64,000 bases of DNA. Source: an uncultured Alphaproteobacteria bacterium. GTDB lineage: Bacteria > Pseudomonadota > Alphaproteobacteria > Caulobacterales > Caulobacteraceae. The position numbers and the translations under genes were made by a program. The stretch is taken from positions 6,927-70,926 of the forward strand of contig CALETE010000076.1 in assembly GCA_937920085.1 (NCBI GenBank). Direction: 5' to 3'. The notes under the pieces were generated by a model. It had not been told where the DNA came from, searched no databases, and worked only from the letters and a program-made list of their open reading frames with translations. Shown one piece after another: positions 42,105-52,200 of this stretch; the stretch's first letter is position 1; each line of letters opens with the position of its first letter.

Positions 42105-42140
42105 GAATTTTCGCTGCAGCCTAGGTTGCGGACGTAAATC

Positions 42141-42175
42141 GGGGGTCGCCACCTAATGGGTGTCGGCCCCTTTTT
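42141..42175 (+). terminator. rho-independent terminator of cspA
   Basis: GGGGTCGCCACC / GGGTGTCGGCCCC stem (one mismatch, one G-U) followed by TTTTT. Confidence 0.7.
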
Positions 42176-42242
42176 ATGCGCCATTGGCAGGCCCTTACAG
42201 ACCGCCTATTGCACGGTTCGATAACCGCCAGGACCGAATGCT

Positions 42243-42401
42243 ATGGAATCGCCCGAAATCGAACCCACCACCCCTGAGGAGTCCAAGCGCATTGCGCGGA
42301 ACCAATTGGTTGGTCGTATTATGATCCTGGTCTTTGGGGCCTTGGTGATTATCCAGGTGGCACCCATGCTGATTAGGGTGTTCCGTCACCTCCCCCTCTA
42401 A
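42243..42401 (+). CDS. putative small membrane protein (52 aa), below the ORF-track cutoff
   Basis: My translation: MESPEIEPTTPEESKRIARNQLVGRIMILVFGALVIIQVAPMLIRVFRHLPL*. It has an acidic N-terminus, one clear TM helix, and AGGA ~10 nt upstream. Confidence 0.35.
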   Translation: MESPEIEPTTPEESKRIARNQLVGRIMILVFGALVIIQVAPMLIRVFRHLPL

Positions 42402-42470
42402 GGCGATATTGAGGGTTTGAATTTCCTCGCCTTGTCCATGTAGGCTGCAGGGAATTAGAGAGGAAACTTC

Positions 42471-43040
42471 ATGCGATTAACGACACCGCGCATTGCTGCG
42501 CTGGCAGATAGCAACCTCAATCCAGATCAGACCGAAATCCTGGCACCCATGGCCGCCACCGGCCGCGTGCTCAATATCTTTCGAACCCTGGCTAACGCGC
42601 CGAAGGCAGCCAAGGGGTTCCTTGCTTGGGGAAATTACGTTCTCTCTCGGCGAAACGACCTGCCTGCTCGTGATCGCGAAATCGTCATTCTGAGGACCGG
42701 CTATCTTTGCAAGTCCGGCTATGAATGGACGCAACACGTGGAAATTGGCAAACGGGACGGGCTCACCGACGAGGAGGTTGAGCGCATAAAGGTCGGGCCA
42801 GAGGACAAGGATTGGAGCGCATCAGACAAGGCCCTCCTCCAGGCAGCCGATGAACTCCATCACGACCAGTTCATCACCACACCGACCTGGACCGCGCTCA
42901 AGGCTCACTTCACCGACAAACAGTGCATGGACGTGGTCTTTACGGCTGGCCAATACACCCAGGTGTCGATGATTTTGAATAGCTTCGGGGTCCAGCTCGA
43001 CGAGGGACAGGTGCTTGACCCGGATCTAAAGGGTTTCTGA
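42471..43040 (+). CDS. carboxymuconolactone decarboxylase (AhpD-like) family protein
   Basis: CMD-family helical pattern (EIVILRTGYLCKSGYEWTQHVEIG). Confidence 0.75.
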   Translation: MRLTTPRIAALADSNLNPDQTEILAPMAATGRVLNIFRTLANAPKAAKGFLAWGNYVLSRRNDLPARDREIVILRTGYLCKSGYEWTQHVEIGKRDGLTDEEVERIKVGPEDKDWSASDKALLQAADELHHDQFITTPTWTALKAHFTDKQCMDVVFTAGQYTQVSMILNSFGVQLDEGQVLDPDLKGF

Positions 43041-43050
43041 CGAGACCTTC

Positions 43051-43091
43051 GGGGGCCGGACGGGACAGAACTAAATCCTGTCCCTGCCCCC
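43051..43091. terminator. hairpin between convergent CMD-family and thioesterase-like genes
   Basis: GGGGGC..GGGACAG - loop - CTGTCCC.GCCCCC. There is no clear U-tract. Confidence 0.4.
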
Positions 43092-43096
43092 AAACG

Positions 43097-43912
43097 CTAT
43101 TTCGGCGGCAAACGCTTTTGCGCAAGCGCTGCACAGGTCGCCGTACCGATTGGGCCTTCCCGGTCATAGAGCCAGGTTTCGCCAATGGCGACACCATCGG
43201 TGGCGTGATGGTTTACGGATTCAAAGCCCACCCATTCGCCCACCATGGCCCGGTGCAGGTAAACGGTGACGTCGGTATTGATATAGGCCAACCCTTTATC
43301 ACGTGATGCGTTTGCAAACGGGCTACAGAAGTCGGCCGCCACCGCAACCCGCTGGAAGGGCGTCAAGGGAACTCCCGCCACCAATTCGCGGACTTCACTC
43401 ATCCAGATCCTGCGGGGTCCAGGGTCTCCAAAACCACCTGCGATGGGCCGGGTTGCCCACATCCCGCCCATAGGTGACCGGGTATTTGGCAGGGGTTCAA
43501 TCGTTTCTGGTAGGGGAACGTCCCAGTTCGGAGGGCTCCAAGTGGAGCCTTCAGGGTTCTCCGTTCGACGCAAGAATTGGCAAGTCGCCTTAGCCATGCT
43601 GACGCCACCTGAAATGAACTCGGCTTCCGTCATCCGAATCCGTCCGCCTTCGCGGATCAGGGTCGTGCGGATCTCCACCGGTTCAAAGCCCGGTAGCTTG
43701 TACATGTCGACGGTCAGTCTGGCTGGGGTGAAGTCATCACTCCCGAATTGGGCTTCCAAGCCATGGCCCAATAGGCCGATGACCACGCGGCCATGCAAAG
43801 ATCGATTACCCCAAGGGCCACGACCTGACTCCTGGGGAATGAAATGATCCCCCTCGCGAACATAAAAAGGCTGATTTTCCATGGCGGGATACATGCCAGA
43901 ATTTTTGCCCAT
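43097..43912 (-). CDS. acyl-CoA thioesterase-like (double hot-dog, TesB-like) protein
   Basis: GPWGNRSLHGRVVIGLLGHGLE resembles the thioesterase-like superfamily N-terminal motif. The ~270 aa length fits. Confidence 0.65.
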   Translation of the reverse strand: MGKNSGMYPAMENQPFYVREGDHFIPQESGRGPWGNRSLHGRVVIGLLGHGLEAQFGSDDFTPARLTVDMYKLPGFEPVEIRTTLIREGGRIRMTEAEFISGGVSMAKATCQFLRRTENPEGSTWSPPNWDVPLPETIEPLPNTRSPMGGMWATRPIAGGFGDPGPRRIWMSEVRELVAGVPLTPFQRVAVAADFCSPFANASRDKGLAYINTDVTVYLHRAMVGEWVGFESVNHHATDGVAIGETWLYDREGPIGTATCAALAQKRLPPK

Positions 43913-43983
43913 GTCGAGCGAGGCTTGACCTTGATCAAGGCATTATTGGACGGCGGAGGCCTACTCACAGCAGATTTCTAGAG

Positions 43984-44508
43984 ATGCTGGAGGCTGCTTT
44001 GATCGACCTAAGGCTGGGTGAAATTTCGATTGTCGCCGGGGAGGCTGAAGCGATTTTTGGGCGTACCTTCCCCCACCCTCCGCAGACGGTCTGGGCGATG
44101 TTGACCAGGCCAAACCTGTTGGCTCAGTGGCTGGCACCTGGGGAGATTGAGCTTTTCCTCGGTGGCCATGTGCACTTGGATTTCGGCGACAGTGGCATTG
44201 TCATCTACAGCCAGGTTTCAGCCTATTCCCCTGGACGCCTTCTGGAATACTCGTGGAGTGGGTCGGGGGCCACCTTAAGACCCTTGAGGTGGGAGATTGC
44301 CACCGCAGAGGGCGGCTCCCATCTTTCGCTCACCCTTGTCATGCCAGCTAACGAAGATATCGCGCGGTCCTGCGCTGGCTGGGAAGCCCACCTGGAAATG
44401 TTGGCAGCAGCCCTCGAGGGGGTTCCAATGCGGTTCCCCTTCGATCACTTCAAAGCAGCCCGGGAGGGGTACAAGTCCAAGCTGGCGGAAATGGAAGCTC
44501 AGGCCTGA
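43984..44508 (+). CDS. SRPBCC (Aha1/AHSA1-like) domain protein
   Basis: FPHPPQTVWAMLTRPNLLAQWLAPG is typical of this family. Its stop codon directly abuts the stop codon of the convergent amidohydrolase gene. Confidence 0.65.
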   Translation: MLEAALIDLRLGEISIVAGEAEAIFGRTFPHPPQTVWAMLTRPNLLAQWLAPGEIELFLGGHVHLDFGDSGIVIYSQVSAYSPGRLLEYSWSGSGATLRPLRWEIATAEGGSHLSLTLVMPANEDIARSCAGWEAHLEMLAAALEGVPMRFPFDHFKAAREGYKSKLAEMEAQA

Positions 44509-45807
44509 TCAAGGCTGCCCTGTCGGCGCATCATTCTGCCGATAGACAACACCACCCTTCATCACAAAGGGCGCATGCCTCAGAAGGCTGATGTCTTTTA
44601 AGGGGTCTCCGTTGACCGCAACGAGGTCTGCAAAATGCCCTGCCGAGATCGTACCGATCTTGTCCGATGCACCGATTAGGTCTGCACCATTCCGGGTCGC
44701 AGCCAAAATGGCATCCATCGGTGCCATGCCGCTGGCAGTCAAAAGCGAAAATTCCAATGTATGGTCGCCTTGCCCAAGGTCTGTGCCATAGGCAATTTTG
44801 ACACCCGATTTTAGCGCCCGTGGCATGTTCTGTTTTGGCAACAAGTCGTTGGCCAATTCCTTTTGTGCGGTTCCAGGCGTCAAGAGCTCGGGATGCTCAC
44901 TGGCCGCACGGTAGAAGACATCGAACACGGTCAGGGTCGGCACCAGATAGGTGCCCTTTGCTTTCATGAGAGCCAGGGCTTCATCTGTGGCAAAGGACCC
45001 GTGCTCGACGGAATCCACCCCCGCCCTCACCGCAGCTTCGATGGCCGCAGCGGGATAGATATGCGCAGCCACCTTCATGCCTAGGCTATGAGCAGTCTCC
45101 ACCGCCGTCTGCATTTCAGCATCAGTCATCAGCTGTTGCCGCGGGTCATCACCTGTCGACGCAATGCCACCAGACGGCATGATCTTGATAAGGTCCGCGC
45201 CACGGCGCTTGTGCTCCCGAACTCGAATGCGGGCCTGTTCTGGCGTGTCGACTATGCCTTGCTCCCACCCTGGATGATAAAGGTCTGAATCAAGGCCGCT
45301 CCGGGGATCGCCATGGCCAGCCGTTGGGCCGAGGGCTTCCAGCGCCACCCAAAGCCTTGGGCCTGCAATCTTTCCAGCGTTGATGGCATTGCGCACCGCC
45401 ACGCTATCATCAGATCCACCAACATCCCGGGCACTCGTAAAGCCCTGCTGCAGCATGGCGCGCGCATAGACAGCATCGTCAAAGGCGCGATCCAGGGCTG
45501 AGTGGGTCACCCAATCCTCTGTCGCATTGGTCGTACTGGGCAGCTTTGCGCCAATATGCACGTGCACATCGATAAAGCCTGGCAGCACCGTCGCCTTGGA
45601 AAGGTCGACGACCCGATAGCCGGCGGGGTTGGAAAACCCATCCTTCACCTGGGAAATCTTGTCGCCCTCAATGAAGACAGAAACCGATTTCCGAGGCGCG
45701 GCCCCAGATCCGTCGATCAACGTACCGGCGTGGATGACGACATTCTCGGCGTGGGCTGCGCTGGCCAGCAGGATCGCAGCGAGGGAAAGAGCTTTCAGCA
45801 TGGGCAC
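44509..45807 (-). CDS. secreted metal-dependent amidohydrolase
   Basis: Signal peptide MPMLKALSLAAILLASAAHA, HxH motif GFIDVHVHIG, and conserved downstream His/Asp residues (VEHGS, YGTDLG). Confidence 0.85.
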   Translation of the reverse strand: MPMLKALSLAAILLASAAHAENVVIHAGTLIDGSGAAPRKSVSVFIEGDKISQVKDGFSNPAGYRVVDLSKATVLPGFIDVHVHIGAKLPSTTNATEDWVTHSALDRAFDDAVYARAMLQQGFTSARDVGGSDDSVAVRNAINAGKIAGPRLWVALEALGPTAGHGDPRSGLDSDLYHPGWEQGIVDTPEQARIRVREHKRRGADLIKIMPSGGIASTGDDPRQQLMTDAEMQTAVETAHSLGMKVAAHIYPAAAIEAAVRAGVDSVEHGSFATDEALALMKAKGTYLVPTLTVFDVFYRAASEHPELLTPGTAQKELANDLLPKQNMPRALKSGVKIAYGTDLGQGDHTLEFSLLTASGMAPMDAILAATRNGADLIGASDKIGTISAGHFADLVAVNGDPLKDISLLRHAPFVMKGGVVYRQNDAPTGQP

Positions 45808-45812
45808 ACCTT

Positions 45813-46775
45813 TCAGAAAAAAGAGGAGAGGTTCCGCCGCAGGCGGTCTTGAATGGCCTCGTCGATCGGCGGGGGTTCGAAAACCCTTCCGGTCAGCGTC
45901 TCAAACGCCGAAACATAGACCTTTGACGTCTCCGCGATCAGATCGGCGGGAATTTCTGGAATGGGGTCCTTGTAGGGATCGCACCGCTCAGCCACCCAGC
46001 TACGGACAAAGTCCTTGTCAAAGCTCGGCGGACGCAAACCGCTGGCCAGGGCCTCTGCATACGAGTCGGCAAACCAATAACGGCTCGAATCCGGGGTATG
46101 AATCTCGTCGGCGAGAATGACCCGCCCGTCCCCATCCAGTCCAAACTCGTACTTGGTATCGACGAGGATCATACCCCGCTCTGCGGCAAGGTCACGACCC
46201 CGGGCGAAAAGCGCCAAGGCATAGGCTGACATGGTTTCCCACTGCGCCGCCGTCACCAGCCCCTGGTCGAGAATCTGCTTTGCCGAGAGCGGCGCATCAT
46301 GACCGCCGTCAAATTCCTTCGAGGTGGGGGTCAGGATAGGCTGTGGCAGCTTGGCGTTATCGCGCAGACCATCTGGCAAGGTCAGGCCGTACATGTCCCG
46401 CTGACCCTGCTTGTAAAGTGTCAGGACCGATGTTCCCGTGGTCCCGGCCAAATATTCCCGGACCACCATCTCCACCGGCAAGATATCGAGTCGTCGCCCC
46501 ACCACCACATTCGGATCGGGATAGCTCAGCACGTGATTGGGGCAGATATCAGCGGTCTGTTCAAACCAGTACCGAGCCGTCTGGGTCAACACCTGTCCTT
46601 TGAAGGGAATAGCCGCCAAGATCCGGTCGAAGGCGGAGAGGCGGTCAGAGGCGACAATAATGCGTCGGCCGTCAGGTAGGTCGTAATTATCCCGAACCTT
46701 GCCGCGATAATGGTTGGGTAGTTCCGGCAGATCAATTTCGGCGAGAACCTGACCCGCCTGGGAAACCGTCATCAC
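45813..46775 (-). CDS. purC: phosphoribosylaminoimidazole-succinocarboxamide synthase (long form)
   Basis: SAICAR synthetase motifs [25 protein letters not shown]. Confidence 0.9.
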   Translation of the reverse strand: MMTVSQAGQVLAEIDLPELPNHYRGKVRDNYDLPDGRRIIVASDRLSAFDRILAAIPFKGQVLTQTARYWFEQTADICPNHVLSYPDPNVVVGRRLDILPVEMVVREYLAGTTGTSVLTLYKQGQRDMYGLTLPDGLRDNAKLPQPILTPTSKEFDGGHDAPLSAKQILDQGLVTAAQWETMSAYALALFARGRDLAAERGMILVDTKYEFGLDGDGRVILADEIHTPDSSRYWFADSYAEALASGLRPPSFDKDFVRSWVAERCDPYKDPIPEIPADLIAETSKVYVSAFETLTGRVFEPPPIDEAIQDRLRRNLSSFF

Positions 46776-46864
46776 AAACCCTCAAAAACTGTCGTTTGGC
46801 AGGCTTTGCCGCGAAGACAAACCGTCGTCTAGTTCGTATGATGTCGGCAAGAGGAGATCCCCCC

Positions 46865-47434
46865 ATGAACCGCACTGCTCTTTTCACCACCCTAGCCATT
46901 TCGGCGACCGTCGCCACGTCAGCTTTGGCTGGCCTGGCCCCGGGTGCCAAGGCCCCTGACTTCACCGCTCCGGCCTATCTGGCTGGCAAGCCCTTCACCT
47001 TCAATATGGCCGAAGCCCGCAAGAAGGGGCCCGTGGTTCTCTACTTCTTCCCATCGGCCCACACCAAGGGGTGCAACCTTGAGGCTCACCTGTTTTCTGA
47101 AGCCTCAGAGGACTTCAAGGCCCAGGGTGCGACCCTGATTGGCGTAACTGCCGGCAAGGTCAATGAACTGGCGGCCTTCTCTGCCGAAACCGAACACTGT
47201 GGCGGCAAATTCCCCGTGGCAGCCGATACGGGCGCATCAATCGCTAAGTCGTATGACTCGTCGCTAAAGATGGCCGGCATGTCGCTTCCCATGGCTTTGT
47301 CGGCGCGAACCTCCTACGTGATCGCTCCCGATGGCACGGTTATTTCGACCTATGACAACCTGGCCGCCGACGACCACGTGAACCAGACCATGTCGAGCCT
47401 GAAGGCTTGGCGGGCAAAGCATCCGAAGAAGTAG
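46865..47434 (+). CDS. periplasmic peroxiredoxin (BCP / AhpC-TSA family)
   Basis: I chose the ATG at 46865, giving signal peptide MNRTALFTTLAISATVATSALAG. Peroxidatic motif FFPSAHTKGCNLE. Confidence 0.8.
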   Translation: MNRTALFTTLAISATVATSALAGLAPGAKAPDFTAPAYLAGKPFTFNMAEARKKGPVVLYFFPSAHTKGCNLEAHLFSEASEDFKAQGATLIGVTAGKVNELAAFSAETEHCGGKFPVAADTGASIAKSYDSSLKMAGMSLPMALSARTSYVIAPDGTVISTYDNLAADDHVNQTMSSLKAWRAKHPKK

Positions 47435-47448
47435 TACCCAGTCTTGGT

Positions 47449-47468
47449 GGAGGGGGATGTCCCCCTCC
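47449..47468. terminator. GC-rich hairpin between convergent peroxiredoxin and DUF2059 genes
   Basis: GGAGGGGG-ATGT-CCCCCTCC, a perfect 8-bp stem. There is no U-tract. Confidence 0.45.
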
Positions 47469-47480
47469 CCATCTCGATCT

Positions 47481-48005
47481 CTACTTCTTGGCCTCCAAGG
47501 CCTTACAATCAACTCGCGCGCAAACCTTGTTCTTAAGGCTGGCCTGAAACTGAGGCATGATTTCCTGCATCAGGGGACCCATCTTGGCCACAATGAGGGG
47601 CTGCTTGTCGACCAAGGCGCGCCCGGATTTGCTTTGATAGAAGGCCACGAGGTCGGAGAGTTCTTCCTCGGAGTAGATCTCGGCCATGATGGGTTCCATC
47701 TTTTTGACAATTGTAATCATAAAGTCTGAGGCCGCCTCATTAACCGCATCGAGAACCTTCTGCTGGAGAACAGGATCGGCTCCGGCCTCCTTCGGCATGC
47801 TCGCCAAGATTGATGGCCCCAGCGCCCGCATAGTCTCGCCGTAGGTTTTTTCGATATGAATGAGCTCAATATAGCGATGGGCCAGCTCTAGCTGGCGAGG
47901 GGTTGGCGGCTTAGTGGATTCAGCAGCAAGGCTAGCCGTACCTACCAAAGTGAATGCAACCGCAGAAACCAGAAAAAGTCCCGAGAGCTTCATTAAGTCC
48001 ACCAT
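47481..48005 (-). CDS. periplasmic DUF2059-like protein
   Basis: Signal peptide, and [18 protein letters not shown] resembles DUF2059. The start is 48005 or 47993. Confidence 0.6.
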   Translation of the reverse strand: MVDLMKLSGLFLVSAVAFTLVGTASLAAESTKPPTPRQLELAHRYIELIHIEKTYGETMRALGPSILASMPKEAGADPVLQQKVLDAVNEAASDFMITIVKKMEPIMAEIYSEEELSDLVAFYQSKSGRALVDKQPLIVAKMGPLMQEIMPQFQASLKNKVCARVDCKALEAKK

Positions 48006-48063
48006 TGATTGAGCCGCGGAGCCACGCTACCCCTAAAACCCGCCTGCGACAATCCCCAACCCC

Positions 48064-48092
48064 TTGCCATTCCCACACTTTTCACCTATCAG
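48064..48092 (+). promoter_or_regulatory. candidate sigma-70 promoter of the rpsF operon
   Basis: TTGCCA (48064-48069), a 17-nt spacer, then TATCAG (48087-48092). This would give a leader of ~130 nt. Confidence 0.3.
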
Positions 48093-48232
48093 CCGCGCTC
48101 TTCTACGGAAGGCGGTCTTGCGCACGGAACATTAAAGGGTCGGGAAACTCCCGATCGCCTCGTGCAGGATCCATCGCAATCTTCGGTCACCCGCCGTCGC
48201 CTGCGCCGCCTCCCACAAGGGAAAAGGACACT

Positions 48233-48598
48233 ATGGCGCTCTACGAGCACGTTGTTATCTCGCGGCAGGATATCTCGCCGCAGCAAGCTGAAGCCCTCAA
48301 TGACACGATTAAGGCTCTCATCGAAGAGCTCGGCGGCTCCGTCGCCAAGATCGAATACTGGGGCCTTCGTAACCTCACCTATCGCATCAAGAAGAACCGC
48401 AAGGGTCACTATTCCCTGCTGGCCCTGGACGCTCCGGCGCCGGCCGTCAAGGAACTGGAGCGCCAGCTGTCGATCAATGAAGACGTGCTGCGCTACATGA
48501 CCATCCGCGTCGAGGAACTCGACCTGGAACTGTCCCCGGTGCTCGCCCGACGCGACCGTGATCGTGAGCGCGAACCGCGCCGCGAAGAAATGTACTAG
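48233..48598 (+). CDS. rpsF: 30S ribosomal protein S6
   Basis: [20 protein letters not shown]. The ATG at 48233 is in frame with the track ORF, whose upstream 93 codons are not S6-like. Confidence 0.95.
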   Translation: MALYEHVVISRQDISPQQAEALNDTIKALIEELGGSVAKIEYWGLRNLTYRIKKNRKGHYSLLALDAPAPAVKELERQLSINEDVLRYMTIRVEELDLELSPVLARRDRDREREPRREEMY

Positions 48599-48609
48599 GA
48601 GGGATCACA

Positions 48610-48873
48610 ATGACCGACGAAACCTCCGCCGCTCCGGCCGCAGCCGGCGCCCGCCGCCCCTTCTTCCGTCGCCGCAAGGTTTGCCCCTTCTCGGGCAATG
48701 GCGCACCGAAGATCGACTACAAGGACGTCAAGCTTCTGCAGCGCTACATCTCAGAGCGTGGAAAGATCGTGCCGTCGCGTATCACCGCCGTTTCGGCCAA
48801 GAAGCAGCGTGAACTGGCCAAGGCCATCAAGCGTGCCCGCTTCCTGGCCCTACTGCCCTACGTCGTGAAGTAA
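48610..48873 (+). CDS. rpsR: 30S ribosomal protein S18
   Basis: [10 protein letters not shown] ... [25 protein letters not shown]. Confidence 0.95.
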   Translation: MTDETSAAPAAAGARRPFFRRRKVCPFSGNGAPKIDYKDVKLLQRYISERGKIVPSRITAVSAKKQRELAKAIKRARFLALLPYVVK

Positions 48874-48887
48874 GGGGCCAGAGAACC

Positions 48888-49472
48888 ATGAAAGTCATTC
48901 TGCTCGAACGTGTGGAAGGCCGCGGCGTCCTTGGGGACGTTGTGACCGTGAAGGACGGCTATGCCCGTAACTTCCTACTGCCCCGCCACAAGGCCCTGCG
49001 GGCCAACGCCGCAAACCTCAAAGTGTTTGAAGCCCAACGGGCTGACATCGAGGCGCGCAACCTGAAGACCAAGGAACAGGCCGGAAAGTCAGGCGAAAAG
49101 CTTGATGGCACCAGCTACATCCTGATCCGTCAGGCTGGTGAAAGCGGCCAACTCTACGGCTCCGTTACAGGCCGCGACGTCTCCGACGCCGTGAATGCCG
49201 AAGGCGGCAAGGTTGAACGGTCAATGGTCGTGCTGGACAAGCCGATCAAGACCCTCGGCCTCCATGAAGTGAAGGTTCGCCTGCATGCGGAAGTCACCGT
49301 TACGGTGACCCTGAACATTGCACGCAGCCAGGACGAAGCCGAGCGCCAGGCGCGCGGTGAAAACGTGATTGACTCGCAATTCGAAGAAGATCGCCAGGCG
49401 GCAGAAGAAGCCGCTCAGGACATGCTCGCTGGCGGTGCCGGTAGCCATGAAGGCGACTATTCCGAAGCCTGA
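48888..49472 (+). CDS. rplI: 50S ribosomal protein L9
   Basis: [32 protein letters not shown]. Confidence 0.95.
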   Translation: MKVILLERVEGRGVLGDVVTVKDGYARNFLLPRHKALRANAANLKVFEAQRADIEARNLKTKEQAGKSGEKLDGTSYILIRQAGESGQLYGSVTGRDVSDAVNAEGGKVERSMVVLDKPIKTLGLHEVKVRLHAEVTVTVTLNIARSQDEAERQARGENVIDSQFEEDRQAAEEAAQDMLAGGAGSHEGDYSEA

Positions 49473-49500
49473 TAGGCTAAGGTCATTCTAAAAATTGAGA

Positions 49501-49533
49501 GGGCGCGGGGTGCAAATCCCGCGCCTTTTTCTT
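49501..49533 (+). terminator. rho-independent terminator of the rpsF-rpsR-rplI operon
   Basis: GGCGCGGG (49502-49509) pairs with CCCGCGCC (49518-49525), followed by TTTTTCTTT. Confidence 0.75.
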
Positions 49534-49723
49534 TGCCGCAAACAGGCTCGCGTGGCTCAAAGCTCAAAAGAAGCACACGTTGACCTTGTTTTGAGCAGTC
49601 TTTGGCGCGTTTTTCAGCACTGTTGCATATATGTCATTTCCGTGACGGCTCACAACCACTAGCTAGGGGGTCTTATCTGTGTGTCGGGGTGTTCGCCCAG
49701 ACCAGACTGGGAAACCTAAAATA

Positions 49724-52156
49724 ATGACCTACCGCTCGCTTCTCCTCATGGCCGCATCGGCCGCATCGCTCGTAGCAGGGCAGTCAGCCATTGCAGCCCC
49801 CGCAAAGCCTTCTGCTGAAGTTGAAGAACTTGTCGTCACCGGGACCCGGGCGGAAGGCCGCACACGGCTTGAGAGCCTCGCGCCCGTCGACGTGATCTCT
49901 ACAGAGTCTCTGGCCCGTCAGGGCACTACGGAAATGGCCGCCGCCCTGGCGACTGTTGCGCCCTCCTTAGACTTCCCTCGCCCTTCCATCACAGACGGCA
50001 CCGACAGCGTGCGTCCTGCCACCCTGCGCGGTCTTGCCCCTGACCAGACACTCGTTCTGATCAATGGCCTTCGTCGTCACGCGTCTGCCCTGGTCAACGT
50101 CAACGGCTCAATTGGCCGCGGTTCGGCCGCCGTCGACCTAAATGCCATTCCCACAGTCGCCATCGATAAGGTCGAAGTGCTACGCGATGGTGCCTCGGCA
50201 CAATACGGTTCAGACGCGATCGCCGGCGTCATCAATATGCACCTGCGTGAAGCCAGCGAAGGCGGCAGCGTCTCCTCGACCTTCGGTAACTATGACACCG
50301 AGGTCAAAACGGCCCGCAACGTGGCGGGTCGGCATAAGGTTGATGGCCCGACCTTCACCCTTGCCGGCTGGCAGGGGCTCCACCTCGGGGCTGACGGCTT
50401 CCTGACCCTCAGTGGCGAGTACCGCTTCCGCAACCCTACCAGCCGCGGCGACCTTGACCCTCGGGTGACGCCATCAAAGGTCACTTCACGCTATGGCGAC
50501 CCCCAGTCGGAAGATCTGAGCTTTTACGCCAATGCCGGTTTGCCAGTGAATGACATCTGGAGCCTGTATGGCTTCGCTGGCTATCAAAATCGCAAGACCG
50601 ATAGCGCGGCCAATCCGCGTCTGGCTAATAATGCCAACAATGTCATGGCCATCTGGCCAGGTGGCTTCTTGCCGCTGATCACAACGGATATTGACGATCT
50701 GACGGCATCTGGTGGTGCAAAGGGCGAAGTCGCTGGCTTTAAGGTCGATGCTGGCCTCGTTTACGGATCGAACAAGGTGCACTACGGCGTTCGCGATTCC
50801 GTGAATGCATCCATCGGCGCCACCTCGCCCACAGTGTTCGATGCTGGCGTCATGCAGTACGACCAAACCGTCGCCCAAATAGACGCTTCAAAGCCCCTCG
50901 AATTGGGCTTTGCTAAGCCAGCCAACCTGGCATTCGGTGTTGAATACCGCAACGAGCACTACGAAATCCGCCGCGGCGACGTGGCCTCCTACGTGTTCGG
51001 CGGGATTGCTGGCAAGGCGGCAGGCGCACAGGGCTTCCCTGGCTTTAAGCCGAGCAATGAAGTCAGCAAGGATCGGCACTCAGAGGCGCTCTATGTCGAG
51101 CTCGACTCCCAAATCACTGAAAAGTTGGATGTGGACGCTGCCGTGCGCTACGAAAACTTCTCTGATTTTGGCGGGACCACCACGGGCAAGGTCTCTGCCC
51201 GCTATGACTTCGCCGACGGCTTTGCCCTTCGCGGTACCCTTGCCTCTGGTTTCCGGGCTCCGGCCCTGCAGCAGCAATATTTCACCGCGACATCCACCAA
51301 CTTCATCACCATTGCGGGCGTCAGCACGCCGGTTGAAGTCGGCACCTTCCCAGCCACAAGCGCGACAGCAAAGGCCCTGGGCGGCAAGCCGCTTGAGCCT
51401 GAAAAGTCCACCAACTACTCCCTGGGTGCTGTCTATCACCGTGGGGCCTTCGAACTGACCGTCGATGCCTATCAAATCAAAATCGACAATCGCATTGTGC
51501 TTTCGGAAAACATCCAAGGCTCGCCCACCGGGTCGGCTACGGCAGTTGCGATTTTCAACCTGATCAATCCTCCCGGCGCAGGCGCAGGCCTGGGCGCGGC
51601 TCGGTTCTTTATCAACGGGGTCAATACCGAGACGAAGGGCGTCGACATTGTCACGCGCTATCACTGGGACACCGAGTCCATTGGACGCTTTGACCTGACC
51701 GGTGCGGCAAACTTCAACAAGACTAAGGTGACCAAGGTTCCCACGACCTCGGTTCTGTCTGGTCTGCCAGTACCACCGATCTTGTTTGATCGCGCCAACC
51801 GACTGACCTTCGAAAAGGGCACACCAACCGACAAGTTCGTCGCCAGCGTGGATTGGAGCCTCAATGACTGGGGTGCCACCGCAAAGGTCTCTCGTTATGG
51901 CGACGTCCTCGTGCCGAATAACTCGACGGCTACCCTAGACTACCACGTGGGAACTCACAGCGTCCTAGACCTGGAAGGCCGCTATAAAACGCCAATCGGC
52001 GTCGGCATTGCCCTGGGTGTGAACAATGCCCTCGATGAGTACCCGAACCCCACCCCGACAAACGTGAATACAAATGGTCCGGTCGGCTTCCCCGGCTTCT
52101 CACCCTTTGGCTTCAACGGTCGCTATTACTACGGACGCCTAACCTACAACTGGTAG
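49724..52156 (+). CDS. TonB-dependent outer-membrane receptor
   Basis: I chose the ATG at 49724, giving signal peptide MTYRSLLLMAASAASLVAGQSAIA. Plug domain (VVTGTR ... IDKVEVLRDGASAQYGSDAIAGVIN), long beta-barrel, and a C-terminal aromatic residue (YNW). Confidence 0.9.
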   Translation: MTYRSLLLMAASAASLVAGQSAIAAPAKPSAEVEELVVTGTRAEGRTRLESLAPVDVISTESLARQGTTEMAAALATVAPSLDFPRPSITDGTDSVRPATLRGLAPDQTLVLINGLRRHASALVNVNGSIGRGSAAVDLNAIPTVAIDKVEVLRDGASAQYGSDAIAGVINMHLREASEGGSVSSTFGNYDTEVKTARNVAGRHKVDGPTFTLAGWQGLHLGADGFLTLSGEYRFRNPTSRGDLDPRVTPSKVTSRYGDPQSEDLSFYANAGLPVNDIWSLYGFAGYQNRKTDSAANPRLANNANNVMAIWPGGFLPLITTDIDDLTASGGAKGEVAGFKVDAGLVYGSNKVHYGVRDSVNASIGATSPTVFDAGVMQYDQTVAQIDASKPLELGFAKPANLAFGVEYRNEHYEIRRGDVASYVFGGIAGKAAGAQGFPGFKPSNEVSKDRHSEALYVELDSQITEKLDVDAAVRYENFSDFGGTTTGKVSARYDFADGFALRGTLASGFRAPALQQQYFTATSTNFITIAGVSTPVEVGTFPATSATAKALGGKPLEPEKSTNYSLGAVYHRGAFELTVDAYQIKIDNRIVLSENIQGSPTGSATAVAIFNLINPPGAGAGLGAARFFINGVNTETKGVDIVTRYHWDTESIGRFDLTGAANFNKTKVTKVPTTSVLSGLPVPPILFDRANRLTFEKGTPTDKFVASVDWSLNDWGATAKVSRYGDVLVPNNSTATLDYHVGTHSVLDLEGRYKTPIGVGIALGVNNALDEYPNPTPTNVNTNGPVGFPGFSPFGFNGRYYYGRLTYNW

Positions 52157-52167
52157 GCAAGGCATTG

Positions 52168-52200
52168 GCGCGGGGCTCACGGGTCCCGCGCTTATCTTCT
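52168..52200 (+). terminator. possible terminator after the TonB-dependent receptor gene
   Basis: GCGCGGGG / TCCCGCGC stem followed by the T-rich TTATCTTCT. The U-tract is weak. Confidence 0.4.

Noticed and set aside
42195-42389. A 64-aa minus-strand ORF downstream of cspA
   Set aside because: It is a His/Asn/Gly-rich low-complexity sequence with no RBS that I could see. The plus-strand 52-codon ORF, which has a clear TM helix, explains the open frame better.
47954-48232. Long N-terminal extensions on many track ORFs (rpsF, hfq, acpP, fabF, fabG, pdhC, lipA, yicC, GFA, secG, ntrB, cspA, the peroxiredoxin and the TonB receptor)
   Set aside because: The extensions do not resemble the respective families. 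Internal ATGs give canonical N-termini, often with an RBS or an ATGA overlap to the upstream gene. They reflect longest-ORF calling.
49534-49723. Possible riboswitch or Fur box upstream of the TonB-dependent receptor
   Set aside because: I found no cobalamin, TPP or other riboswitch core sequences that I recognise. The only symmetric element is an 8-bp CATATATG palindrome, which is not a convincing Fur box.
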